DNA from: a candidate division Hyd24-12 bacterium UBA6080
GTDB lineage: Bacteria > Fermentibacterota > Fermentibacteria > Fermentibacterales > JCC-6
Direction: 5' to 3'
DNA: 64,000 bases
Assembly: GCA_002436025.1 (NCBI GenBank)
Contig: DIXM01000002.1
Coordinates: 245,659-309,658 of the forward strand
Position numbers and translations under genes: made by a program. Each line of letters begins with the position of its first letter. Position 1 is the stretch's first letter. Under the pieces are notes generated by a model that was not told the DNA's origin, did no database searches, and worked only from the letters and a program-made list of their open reading frames with translations. Positions 18,773-26,311 of the stretch are shown here, one piece after another.

Positions 18773-19174
18773 CTACAGCCTCCATACCTCCTCGCCGGTC
18801 TGGACCAGGCCCATCCCGTTTTCCTCCAGGGCTGAGCGCATCCATTCCAGTGACTTGTCGAAGTTATCAAGCAGGACGGTGCTTCCGTTATCGGAGCTGA
18901 CCTGCAGCAACCTGCTGTTCCGGGCGTAGGTTCCCCTGGAAACGGTTACTGTGCCGAAGGGAAGGCTGACAGGTTTTCCCCTTATCAGAAGCTTTAGAAG
19001 GATACCCAACTGGGTGTAGAGCAGCGCCATCTTTCCCAGGTCGTGAAAGACGAACCTTCTGTTGGTCAGAACGCAACGGCAGTCAACCGGGAACTTTATC
19101 TTCCCGCCCTGCAGCGTGTAACGGCGTCTGTCGGCGAAAACCTGCTCATCGGGGTCGGGCGTGAACTTCGGCAT
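18773..19174 (-). CDS. Hypothetical protein (possible bacterial PH-like fold)
   Basis: 133 aa, no signal peptide. Co-directional and tightly spaced between the OM-barrel gene and the oxidoreductase gene. Confidence 0.4.
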   Translation of the reverse strand: MPKFTPDPDEQVFADRRRYTLQGGKIKFPVDCRCVLTNRRFVFHDLGKMALLYTQLGILLKLLIRGKPVSLPFGTVTVSRGTYARNSRLLQVSSDNGSTVLLDNFDKSLEWMRSALEENGMGLVQTGEEVWRL

Positions 19175-19189
19175 GAAACTCCTTTTTTC

Positions 19190-19921
19190 TCAGAACATCC
19201 TTCTGATGGTAAAGCCCAGGGCGAGGTCGTTCGTGGCCGCCCCGTTCAACTGCCCCCGCGGGCCGATGCCGGTACTGTTCCCAAGGATGACGACGAACTG
19301 GTGACCCCATGTGGTGCGCCTGACCCCGAAGCAGAACGAGTCTTCGGGAAGGATCGATTGATCTTCGTCATCCCGGTCGATGACCGGGAAGTATTCTCCG
19401 ATAAGGGCCGTATTCTCCCCAAGACCAAGGGAAAGACCGAACCCGGGGCCGTGCCTTTCGGTCCTGCCGTCATAGGCATAGTTCACCGTGGGGATGATCC
19501 GCCCGTTCGCGAAGGGGGCCGAGAACGCGCCAAGCAGCGTCAGCCCGCCCTCACGGTCCTGGTTGGCCGCAGGTTTCACCGAGGAATACCCCATGGAAAA
19601 GGCAGCCTCGAAGCTGTCGACAAAGGTGCTCCAGTACCCGCCCAGCGTGTATTCCTTCCCGGAGCGCACGTGCCCGGCCCTGATCTCGAGACCGTTCACC
19701 GGGAACCATCCCAGTTCTGCACCCACGTTGGCACCGATGTCCATTCCGAAGAATGTCTCGATCGGTTCGTCCTTAAGTGCTGCCCCGTAGAACCTGTGGT
19801 TCAGCCTGAGTTCCAGGCTTCCCTCACCGGTTGCCGGCGCGGGGGTCTCGATGTTGAGCATCCCAGGGCCGTAGGCGGCCAAAGGACAGGCGATCGCCAG
19901 AAGCATCGCGGCAACTCTCAT
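19190..19921 (-). CDS. Putative outer-membrane beta-barrel protein
   Basis: Signal peptide MRVAAMLLAIACPLAAYG. Alternating amphipathic strands rich in aromatic and Gly residues. C-terminal ...GFTIRRMF ending in Phe. Confidence 0.55.
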   Translation of the reverse strand: MRVAAMLLAIACPLAAYGPGMLNIETPAPATGEGSLELRLNHRFYGAALKDEPIETFFGMDIGANVGAELGWFPVNGLEIRAGHVRSGKEYTLGGYWSTFVDSFEAAFSMGYSSVKPAANQDREGGLTLLGAFSAPFANGRIIPTVNYAYDGRTERHGPGFGLSLGLGENTALIGEYFPVIDRDDEDQSILPEDSFCFGVRRTTWGHQFVVILGNSTGIGPRGQLNGAATNDLALGFTIRRMF

Positions 19922-19930
19922 GAGAACCTC

Positions 19931-20461
19931 CTAAAGGAGTTCGAGTGAAACTGCACGAACGAACTGGTGCGCGCTTGTGAAATCATCTCCCCCACTTGGA
20001 CCGTAAGCCAGCAGGATCGCATAGGTTTCCCCCTGGGTGAGAACGGCATCGTACAGGTCGCCGGAAGACATGGGGATGGAGAAGTCGATCTCGGTCTTGT
20101 TTCCGGTCTCGCCCGCCTCTATGAGCGTGACGTTGCTGTTGCCTCCCAATACAATGTCGGCCTCGTGGGTCGTGACGCCCGTACCGAAATCGTCACGTAT
20201 GAACCCCGTTCCGTCTTCGACGTATCCGATGATGAAATTCGCATCCTTCATCATCACGGAGGGGTCGAAACCAACCGCAACCCAGCCCGTCGTTGGCGCG
20301 GAGAGTTTCACGTGAAGGGTCGCCCCGTCGTTCTCCACCCGCCACTGAAACACGACATCGTCAGTGGTGTAGTCGTTCCATCCCTCGGTCCCGGAAGGGC
20401 CCGTGGTGTCGCCGCAGCTTCCCATAAGAAGCAGGGCTGTAATGACAAAAGCTTTTTTCAT
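19931..20461 (-). CDS. DOMON-domain lipoprotein (paralog 1)
   Basis: MKKAFVITALLLMGSCG lipobox. TGWVAVGFDPSVMM.DANFIIGYV...IRDDFG...H..D..LGG core shared with the divergent paralog. Confidence 0.7.
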   Translation of the reverse strand: MKKAFVITALLLMGSCGDTTGPSGTEGWNDYTTDDVVFQWRVENDGATLHVKLSAPTTGWVAVGFDPSVMMKDANFIIGYVEDGTGFIRDDFGTGVTTHEADIVLGGNSNVTLIEAGETGNKTEIDFSIPMSSGDLYDAVLTQGETYAILLAYGPSGGDDFTSAHQFVRAVSLELL

Positions 20462-20545
20462 TCCGCCTCCGCCCTTTTCCATCGTTTTCCTTACTTGACA
20501 GTTGTATTATTATACTTGCTGGTGAAAAAGAAAGGAAGGCTGACA

Positions 20546-21094
20546 ATGGGTAAGCTGTTGATCATCATGGCCGTCCTCACAGGCACCACATTCGCATGGC
20601 AGGAGATCGAGGTTTCGGGATTCCTCCTCAGATGGGAAACCCGGGCGGGAGACAACCTTGCTGTGGAGCTCACCGGTCCCACGACGGGCTGGGTTGCGGT
20701 GGGTTTCGACCCCTCCGTGATGATGCTGGACGCCAACATCATCATCGGCTACGTTTCGGGCGGCAACACCTTCATCAGGGACGACTTTGGATGGCAGACC
20801 ACATCCCACAGGGCCGACACCCTCCTGGGGGGAACCGAAGACTTTATCATCGACGGCGGCTCCGAGTCCGGGGGGGAAACCCAGATCAGGTTCACCATCC
20901 CGCTTGACTCCGGTGACCAGTACGACAAGCCCCTTGTTCCCGGCAGCTCCTACCCGATAATACTTGCCAGGGGACCCAACGGCGCAGACGACTTCTCGAC
21001 CCAGCACCAGTTCATAACCACTGCCACCATCGACATCCTTGCCTTCTCCCTCCAGGGGTCCACCTGGGGTAGGGCGAAGATGGGTCTTGACTGA
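20546..21094 (+). CDS. DOMON-domain protein (paralog 2, signal peptide)
   Basis: AAAGGAAGG RBS. MGKLLIIMAVLTGTTFA signal. The same TGWVAVGFDPSVMMLDANIIIGYV...IRDDFG core as paralog 1. Confidence 0.7.
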   Translation: MGKLLIIMAVLTGTTFAWQEIEVSGFLLRWETRAGDNLAVELTGPTTGWVAVGFDPSVMMLDANIIIGYVSGGNTFIRDDFGWQTTSHRADTLLGGTEDFIIDGGSESGGETQIRFTIPLDSGDQYDKPLVPGSSYPIILARGPNGADDFSTQHQFITTATIDILAFSLQGSTWGRAKMGLD

Positions 21095-21692
21095 GAGCAC
21101 GACCGACACTCTTCGGATACTCGCCTTTGCGGGCAGCACCAGAGAGGGATCTTTCAATCGCGCACTGATGGAACAGGCTGCCGGGTTCGCACGCGAGGCC
21201 GGCGCTGCTGTCACCCTGGTCGATCTCGACGACTTCCCCATGCCGATAGTGAACCAGGACCTTGAAACCGCGCACGGCATCCCTGCGACCGCCCTGGCCT
21301 TCAAACGGCTTCTTTCAGAGAACGACGGCTTTCTCATCGCGTCGCCTGAATACAACGGCTTCGTTACACCGCTGCTCAAGAACTGCCTGGATTGGGCTTC
21401 CCGTTCGGAAACGCCCGACGAGAAGCCCCTCTCGGCGTTCAGGGGGAAGACGGCGGCCATCCTGTCGGCATCACCCGGAGGCCTTGGGGGGCTCCGCAGC
21501 CTGTCCGTCCTCAGAACGCTTCTGACGAACCTCGGTGTGATCGTGCTTCCGGGGCAGCATGCGGTCTCCGGGGCGGACGGGGCGTTCGATGATGAAGGAA
21601 AACTGAAGGATTCCGGGAACGTCGCATCGGTGAAAAGGGTCGTCCGGGAACTTGTCAGGGTCACTTCCGCTCTGAGAGCAACGGTCCACTGA
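21087..21692 (+). CDS. NAD(P)H-dependent FMN reductase family protein
   Basis: TTG start overlapping the DOMON stop. LRILAFAGSTREGSFNRAL...LIASPEYNGFVTPLLKNCLDW is typical of the SsuE/ArsH-like FMN reductase family. Confidence 0.75.
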   Translation: MTESTTDTLRILAFAGSTREGSFNRALMEQAAGFAREAGAAVTLVDLDDFPMPIVNQDLETAHGIPATALAFKRLLSENDGFLIASPEYNGFVTPLLKNCLDWASRSETPDEKPLSAFRGKTAAILSASPGGLGGLRSLSVLRTLLTNLGVIVLPGQHAVSGADGAFDDEGKLKDSGNVASVKRVVRELVRVTSALRATVH

Positions 21693-22387
21693 TGCTGCTT
21701 CAGGCGCTTCCGCCGGCGCTCCCGCCCGGGAGTTCAGAATCATCCGACGCACTCCAGGCCATCGCCCTGCGAGCCGTGCTCCGATCCCCGGAGTGGGGGC
21801 AGGTCAAAGAGTACTGGAACCTTCTGAACCGCGTAACAGGGAAAGGTGGCCAGTTCCAGCCCGCCGGTGACCTGGACATGGCAAAGGCCGACAGCATCAT
21901 AGCCGATGTTCGCAGGTGCATGGCCGGGCTCAACCCCGACGGCGGTACGGGGGGCATGTGGAGCGCCCTTGAGATGACGGGTCTTCTCGTTGAGACCCGG
22001 GCACTGAGGCTCAGCCGCATCAACCCCGCTTTCATGACAAGGATGATGCCCTCATGGTCGACCACCTTCGGTGAAGACCTGCTCTACAGCTTCGACTCAA
22101 GGCTCAGGGAGCTCGAGAGGCTCAGGAGCGGGGGTGAACTCACCGAAGAGGTCTTCCTGTCTGCGTCGGATACGCTTGGCAGACAGTTCGAAACGTGGGC
22201 GCTTCTGCAGTTGGCCGATGACCGGTACGGCTTCGGGCCCCCCGGTATTCAGGAAAGGCTTCTGGAGGTCGAACTCCTCTACGAAACCGTTGCGGAGGAA
22301 TTCGGCGAGGAGAGGGTTCTGGCCTTCAGGGAGATGCGCCCATACCTCGAGCCCCTTCTCGAAAGTCTTCTTGAGGAGTTTTACTGA
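21692..22387 (+). CDS. Hypothetical protein (231 aa, no recognisable domain)
   Basis: TGATG coupled to the FMN reductase gene. Ends in a CTGA junction with the radical SAM gene. Confidence 0.5.
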   Translation: MLLQALPPALPPGSSESSDALQAIALRAVLRSPEWGQVKEYWNLLNRVTGKGGQFQPAGDLDMAKADSIIADVRRCMAGLNPDGGTGGMWSALEMTGLLVETRALRLSRINPAFMTRMMPSWSTTFGEDLLYSFDSRLRELERLRSGGELTEEVFLSASDTLGRQFETWALLQLADDRYGFGPPGIQERLLEVELLYETVAEEFGEERVLAFREMRPYLEPLLESLLEEFY

Positions 22388-23298
22388 ACGTCTTCTGGTT
22401 CGCGTTCGAGGTCACTCCCGTCTGCAACCTTTCCTGCGGCTACTGTTACAACTTCTGGCGCGACCCCGGGCAGCAGGTTCCACGGGAGCTTGAGATTACA
22501 GAGATCCGGGGGATTCTGCACAGCCTTCGGACCGATGCCCCGGGATCAGGCGTGACCCTTACGGGAGGCGAACCCCTGCTCAGACCCGATCTTCCCGGGA
22601 TCGCAGCTGCAGCAGCGGAACAGGGCTTCACAGTGGCCGTCGCCACCAACGGGACACTTCTGACATCATCCATTGCCCGCGAACTGCGGGATTCGGGAGT
22701 AAGGCACTTCGACATCGGCATCGAAACCAGAGTCGCGGACGTTTCAGAAGGGATAGCAGGTGCCTGTGCGACCGGGGCCAGCGTCACCCTTTCACTTTGC
22801 CTCACCTCGAAAAACTCCGGTTCGGCACCGGAAGTGGTGAGGTTTGCGGCGGCTCTGGGGGCCGATGCCGTGTGTCTGAACAGGTTCGTTCCAACGGGCA
22901 GGCCGACCGATGCCGACCACCTGCCCTCGTCAACCGGGATCATTGATGCCCTGCGGGATGCCGGAAGGGTGGGCGCGGAGCTCTCCCTGCCTGTCTACGC
23001 GGGCATCCCGCTGGAGCCCTGTGTGTTCCCCAATGTCAATGAATTTGGTATAATCAACACCGCATGTCACTGTGGAGAGGGAAAGTGGGCCATAGGGCCC
23101 GATGGCTGGCTGAGAACCTGTGAGCAGAGCCCTGTTCTTCTCGGAAGCCTGCTTACAGAAAGGTTTTCTGCACTGAGGGAGTTGACCGTCGTGAAAGGGT
23201 TCCGTGAAGCCACACCTTTCCGTAAATGCCATGGTTGTGCCGATCTTCCACGTTGCGGCGGAGGGTGCAGGTTTCTTGACGGATCGGAGTGCAGTTGA
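22384..23298 (+). CDS. Radical SAM / SPASM-domain protein (no canonical start codon before the Cys motif)
   Basis: Frame open from 22375. It encodes LNVFWFAFEVTPVCNLSCGYCYNFW (CxxxCxxC), then GGEPLL, then C-terminal CHCGEGKW...CHGCADLPRCGGGCR (SPASM/twitch-like). The first canonical start (GTG 22552) lies after the cluster motif. A CTG at 22384 overlaps the upstream TGA. Confidence 0.6.
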   Translation: MNVFWFAFEVTPVCNLSCGYCYNFWRDPGQQVPRELEITEIRGILHSLRTDAPGSGVTLTGGEPLLRPDLPGIAAAAAEQGFTVAVATNGTLLTSSIARELRDSGVRHFDIGIETRVADVSEGIAGACATGASVTLSLCLTSKNSGSAPEVVRFAAALGADAVCLNRFVPTGRPTDADHLPSSTGIIDALRDAGRVGAELSLPVYAGIPLEPCVFPNVNEFGIINTACHCGEGKWAIGPDGWLRTCEQSPVLLGSLLTERFSALRELTVVKGFREATPFRKCHGCADLPRCGGGCRFLDGSECS

Positions 23299-23789
23299 AC
23301 TACTTCGCGTACGGATCGAACATGTCCCTGGCAAGGCTGTCCGCCAGGATCCCGTCGGTGCGGCGAACCTGTGTGGGCTCTCTCGCCGGTTATAAACTGG
23401 TGTTTCACAAGGCCGGTGAAAGCGACGGCTCGGCCAAATGCGACGCATTCTTCACGGGCGACCCGTCCCACGAGCTCCTGGGCGTGGTGTACCGGATCGA
23501 TCCCGACGAGAAACACAGGCTGGACATCATCGAAGGCGTCGGTTACGGCTACGAGAACCGTTGCGTCAAGATCAGGCTCGGGGACGGCAGCGTCGTTTCG
23601 GCCTGGGTTTACTGCGCCACCGTCATCAATCCTTCGCTGCTGCCTTTCGACTGGTACAGGGAGCATGTGGTGAGGGGAGCCCTTGAAAACGGTCTTCCCG
23701 ACCATTACGTCTCCCGCATAAGGGCCGTCGAGGCAAAGAGCGACCCCGACCGTGAACGGGCCTCACGCGAGCTTTCCATCTACGCCTGA
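23289..23789 (+). CDS. Gamma-glutamylcyclotransferase (GGCT/AIG2-like) family protein
   Basis: N-terminus QLNYFAYGSNM is the GGCT signature. GTG start overlapping the radical SAM gene end. Confidence 0.75.
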   Translation: MQLNYFAYGSNMSLARLSARIPSVRRTCVGSLAGYKLVFHKAGESDGSAKCDAFFTGDPSHELLGVVYRIDPDEKHRLDIIEGVGYGYENRCVKIRLGDGSVVSAWVYCATVINPSLLPFDWYREHVVRGALENGLPDHYVSRIRAVEAKSDPDRERASRELSIYA

Positions 23790-23791
23790 AC

Positions 23792-23820
23792 TTGACAAAC
23801 CGGCATCCTGTCGTAAGAAT
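23792..23820 (+). promoter_or_regulatory. Candidate promoter upstream of fusA
   Basis: TTGACA - 17 nt - AAGAAT, 42 nt before the fusA ATG. Confidence 0.25.
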
Positions 23821-23861
23821 GCCTGCCTGTAACCCCCACAGCCAGGAGACAGGTTCCGCCC

Positions 23862-25916
23862 ATGAGCAGCCCCAGTGCACTTCGCAACATAGGCATCTTC
23901 GCCCACATCGATGCGGGCAAGACCACGGTCACGGAGAGGATACTTTTCTACACCGGCCGCACTCATCGAATGGGAGACGTTGACCACGGCACCACGGTGA
24001 TGGACTGGATGCCGCAGGAGCGCGAAAGGGGCATAACCATCGTTTCCGCAGCCACCACGTGCACCTGGAAGAACACCACCATAAACATCATAGACACACC
24101 CGGTCACGTTGACTTCACGGCCGAGGTCGAGCGTTCCCTCAGGGTCCTCGACGGCGGAGTGGCTGTATTCTGTGCGGTGGGAGGCGTCGAACCCCAGACC
24201 GAAACTGTCTGGCGCCAGGCTCTGAAGTACGGGGTCCCGACCATTGCTTTCGTGAACAAGATGGACCGCCAGGGAGCAGATTTCCCCAGGGTGCTCCAGA
24301 TGATGCGGGACATCCTTGGGGCTGTGCCCCTGCCCGTTTTCCTTCCCATCGGAAGCGGACAGGCCTTCAGGGGCATCGTGGATGTGATACGCAGCCGTGC
24401 GCTCTTCTTCGATCCAGAATCACTTGGCGAGACCATACGTGAAGAGCCGATACCCGAAGAGATGGCCGATTCCGCGGCCCGGGCCCTCGAGGCCGTTCAG
24501 GAGGCCGTGGCTGACCTTTGCGAAGATGCCATGGAACGTTACTGCACGGGGAATCTCGATCCGTCCCTCATCATCCCGCTCATCAGGAGGGGAACGCTTG
24601 AGAAACGGTTCGTTCCGGTCCTCTGCGGCGCCGCCCTCAGGAACGTGGGCGTTCAGCGTCTTCTCGACGCCATAGTCGACTGGCTTCCCGCCCCTGAAGA
24701 GCTTCCTCCCGTCACAGGCATCAAGTCCGACGGCACCGAAGCGGAAAGGTCCAGAGGCACTGATTCGCCCTTCACCGCCCTGGTGTTCAAGATACAGACC
24801 GACTCCCATCTGGGCAGGCTCGCCTACATGAGGGTGTATTCGGGAAGCGCGAAGGATGGCCAGGCCGTTCTGAACAACCGTACGGGCCGGAAGGAGAGGA
24901 TGATGCGCCTGGTCCGCATGCATGCGGACAAGCGTGACCACCTCGACTTCGTACAGGCCGGAGACATAGCGGCGGCTGGAATGAAGGACGCTGCAACGGG
25001 CGACACCCTGACGGCGCCCGAACACCCGATTACCCTTGAATCCATCGATTTCGCCGAACCGGTCATGCAGATGGCCATCGAGCCCGCGGGCGCCCGTGAT
25101 GACAAGGCTCTGGAGGACGCCCTTCAGGAGATGACCAGTGAGGACCCCAGCCTGAGGGTGGGAGTAGACCGCGATACCGGCCAGAACATCATCATGGGCA
25201 TGGGAGAGCTGCATCTGGAGATCGTGGTGGACAGACTAAAGCGGGAGAAGAATCTTCAGGTTCACACCGGGAACCCCCAGGTATCCTACCGCGAGGGCGT
25301 TCTGCGCCCGGGCAGGGGCGAGGGCAGCTTCGAGAGGCTCATCGCGGGCCGTGGCAATTTCGGCCATGCCGTGGTGCAGGTCGAACCCACTGGGGGGGGG
25401 ATCGAGATAGCAAGCACTGTTTCAGGGCTTCCCTTTTCCTTCACCGAGGCCGCCAAAAGCGGGATCAGGGGCAGTGTGGGCGCCGGAGCACTTGCGGGTT
25501 TTCCAGTGGATGGCATTCGTATAACGCTGATCCAGGCAAGGCTTCACGAGACCGATTCGACGGAACTTGGCTATGCCTCGGCCGCTGCAGCCGCCTTCCG
25601 GGAAGCACTGAAGGATGGCTCACCGGTGATCCGCGAGCCCATAATGATGCTGGATGTGATATCCCCGGTAGACTACCTCGGCGAAGTCCTGGGCGACATC
25701 AGCTCCCGCCGTGGACAGGTCGAGGCCATCCACCAGCGCGGGGAAGCGCGCAACATCCACGCCAGGGTTCCCCTGGCCGAGCTGTTCGGGTATTCCAGCA
25801 ACATAAGGAGCCTCACCCAGGGCCGCGCAGGGTTCTCCATGCAGTTTTTGAACTACGAGAACACCCCGCCCAACGTTCAACGCGACCTTCTTCAGAAAAT
25901 GGGCATCATCACCTGA
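23862..25916 (+). CDS. fusA: Elongation factor G
   Basis: 684 aa. [14 protein letters not shown] and DTPGHVDF G-motifs. Domains II-V recognisable. Separated from rpsG and from rpsJ by accessory DNA. Confidence 0.9.
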   Translation: MSSPSALRNIGIFAHIDAGKTTVTERILFYTGRTHRMGDVDHGTTVMDWMPQERERGITIVSAATTCTWKNTTINIIDTPGHVDFTAEVERSLRVLDGGVAVFCAVGGVEPQTETVWRQALKYGVPTIAFVNKMDRQGADFPRVLQMMRDILGAVPLPVFLPIGSGQAFRGIVDVIRSRALFFDPESLGETIREEPIPEEMADSAARALEAVQEAVADLCEDAMERYCTGNLDPSLIIPLIRRGTLEKRFVPVLCGAALRNVGVQRLLDAIVDWLPAPEELPPVTGIKSDGTEAERSRGTDSPFTALVFKIQTDSHLGRLAYMRVYSGSAKDGQAVLNNRTGRKERMMRLVRMHADKRDHLDFVQAGDIAAAGMKDAATGDTLTAPEHPITLESIDFAEPVMQMAIEPAGARDDKALEDALQEMTSEDPSLRVGVDRDTGQNIIMGMGELHLEIVVDRLKREKNLQVHTGNPQVSYREGVLRPGRGEGSFERLIAGRGNFGHAVVQVEPTGGGIEIASTVSGLPFSFTEAAKSGIRGSVGAGALAGFPVDGIRITLIQARLHETDSTELGYASAAAAAFREALKDGSPVIREPIMMLDVISPVDYLGEVLGDISSRRGQVEAIHQRGEARNIHARVPLAELFGYSSNIRSLTQGRAGFSMQFLNYENTPPNVQRDLLQKMGIIT

Positions 25917-25950
25917 ACCGCAGCCTGAAAAGCTCAGGCGGTCGCCGTTC

Positions 25951-25988
25951 CCGGGATGCTTCCGGGAAGGCAAGTGCAATGCCTTTTT
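25951..25988 (+). terminator. Candidate intrinsic terminator after fusA
   Basis: CCCGG-GATGCTT-CCGGG, then GGCA-AGTGCAA-TGCC followed by TTTTT. Confidence 0.35.
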
Positions 25989-26231
25989 AAGCAGGAAACC
26001 ACCCCGGGGCTGCATTCCGTGATATGGACCCCCGACGCTTCCGTGCCTTCGGGGTGCTATCTGATAGGACTTGAGTCAGCCGGTGGAACGGTCACAAGAC
26101 GATGCGTGTTTATGAGATAGTGTTATCCGGCTGGCTTGGGAACCACAGAAGTGTCGCACCAAAACCGGCGAATCTGTAGCATCTGTCACCGAAGTTGATG
26201 CTCACAGCACTGGTTTCTGTCCTGATGCTCC

Positions 26232-26260
26232 TTGACAATTGAATCCCGCCGTATGTAAAT
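26232..26260 (+). promoter_or_regulatory. Candidate promoter for secreted-protein gene pair
   Basis: TTGACA - 17 nt - GTAAAT, about 50 nt upstream of the 26312 ATG. Confidence 0.25.
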
Positions 26261-26311
26261 TGACATGGCAGGTTTATTCTCTCAGAGCATTACCCTGTAG
26301 GGAGTCTTGTC

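Noticed and set aside
20510-21664. 384-aa minus-strand ORF spanning the DOMON paralog 2 and FMN-reductase genes
   Set aside because: It lies opposite two plus-strand genes with clear family signatures and coupled overlaps. Its translation is low-complexity Ser/Pro/Arg-rich.
23626-24107. Minus-strand ORFs overlapping the GGCT gene end and the fusA start
   Set aside because: They are opposite clear plus-strand genes. No RBS. Compositional artefacts.
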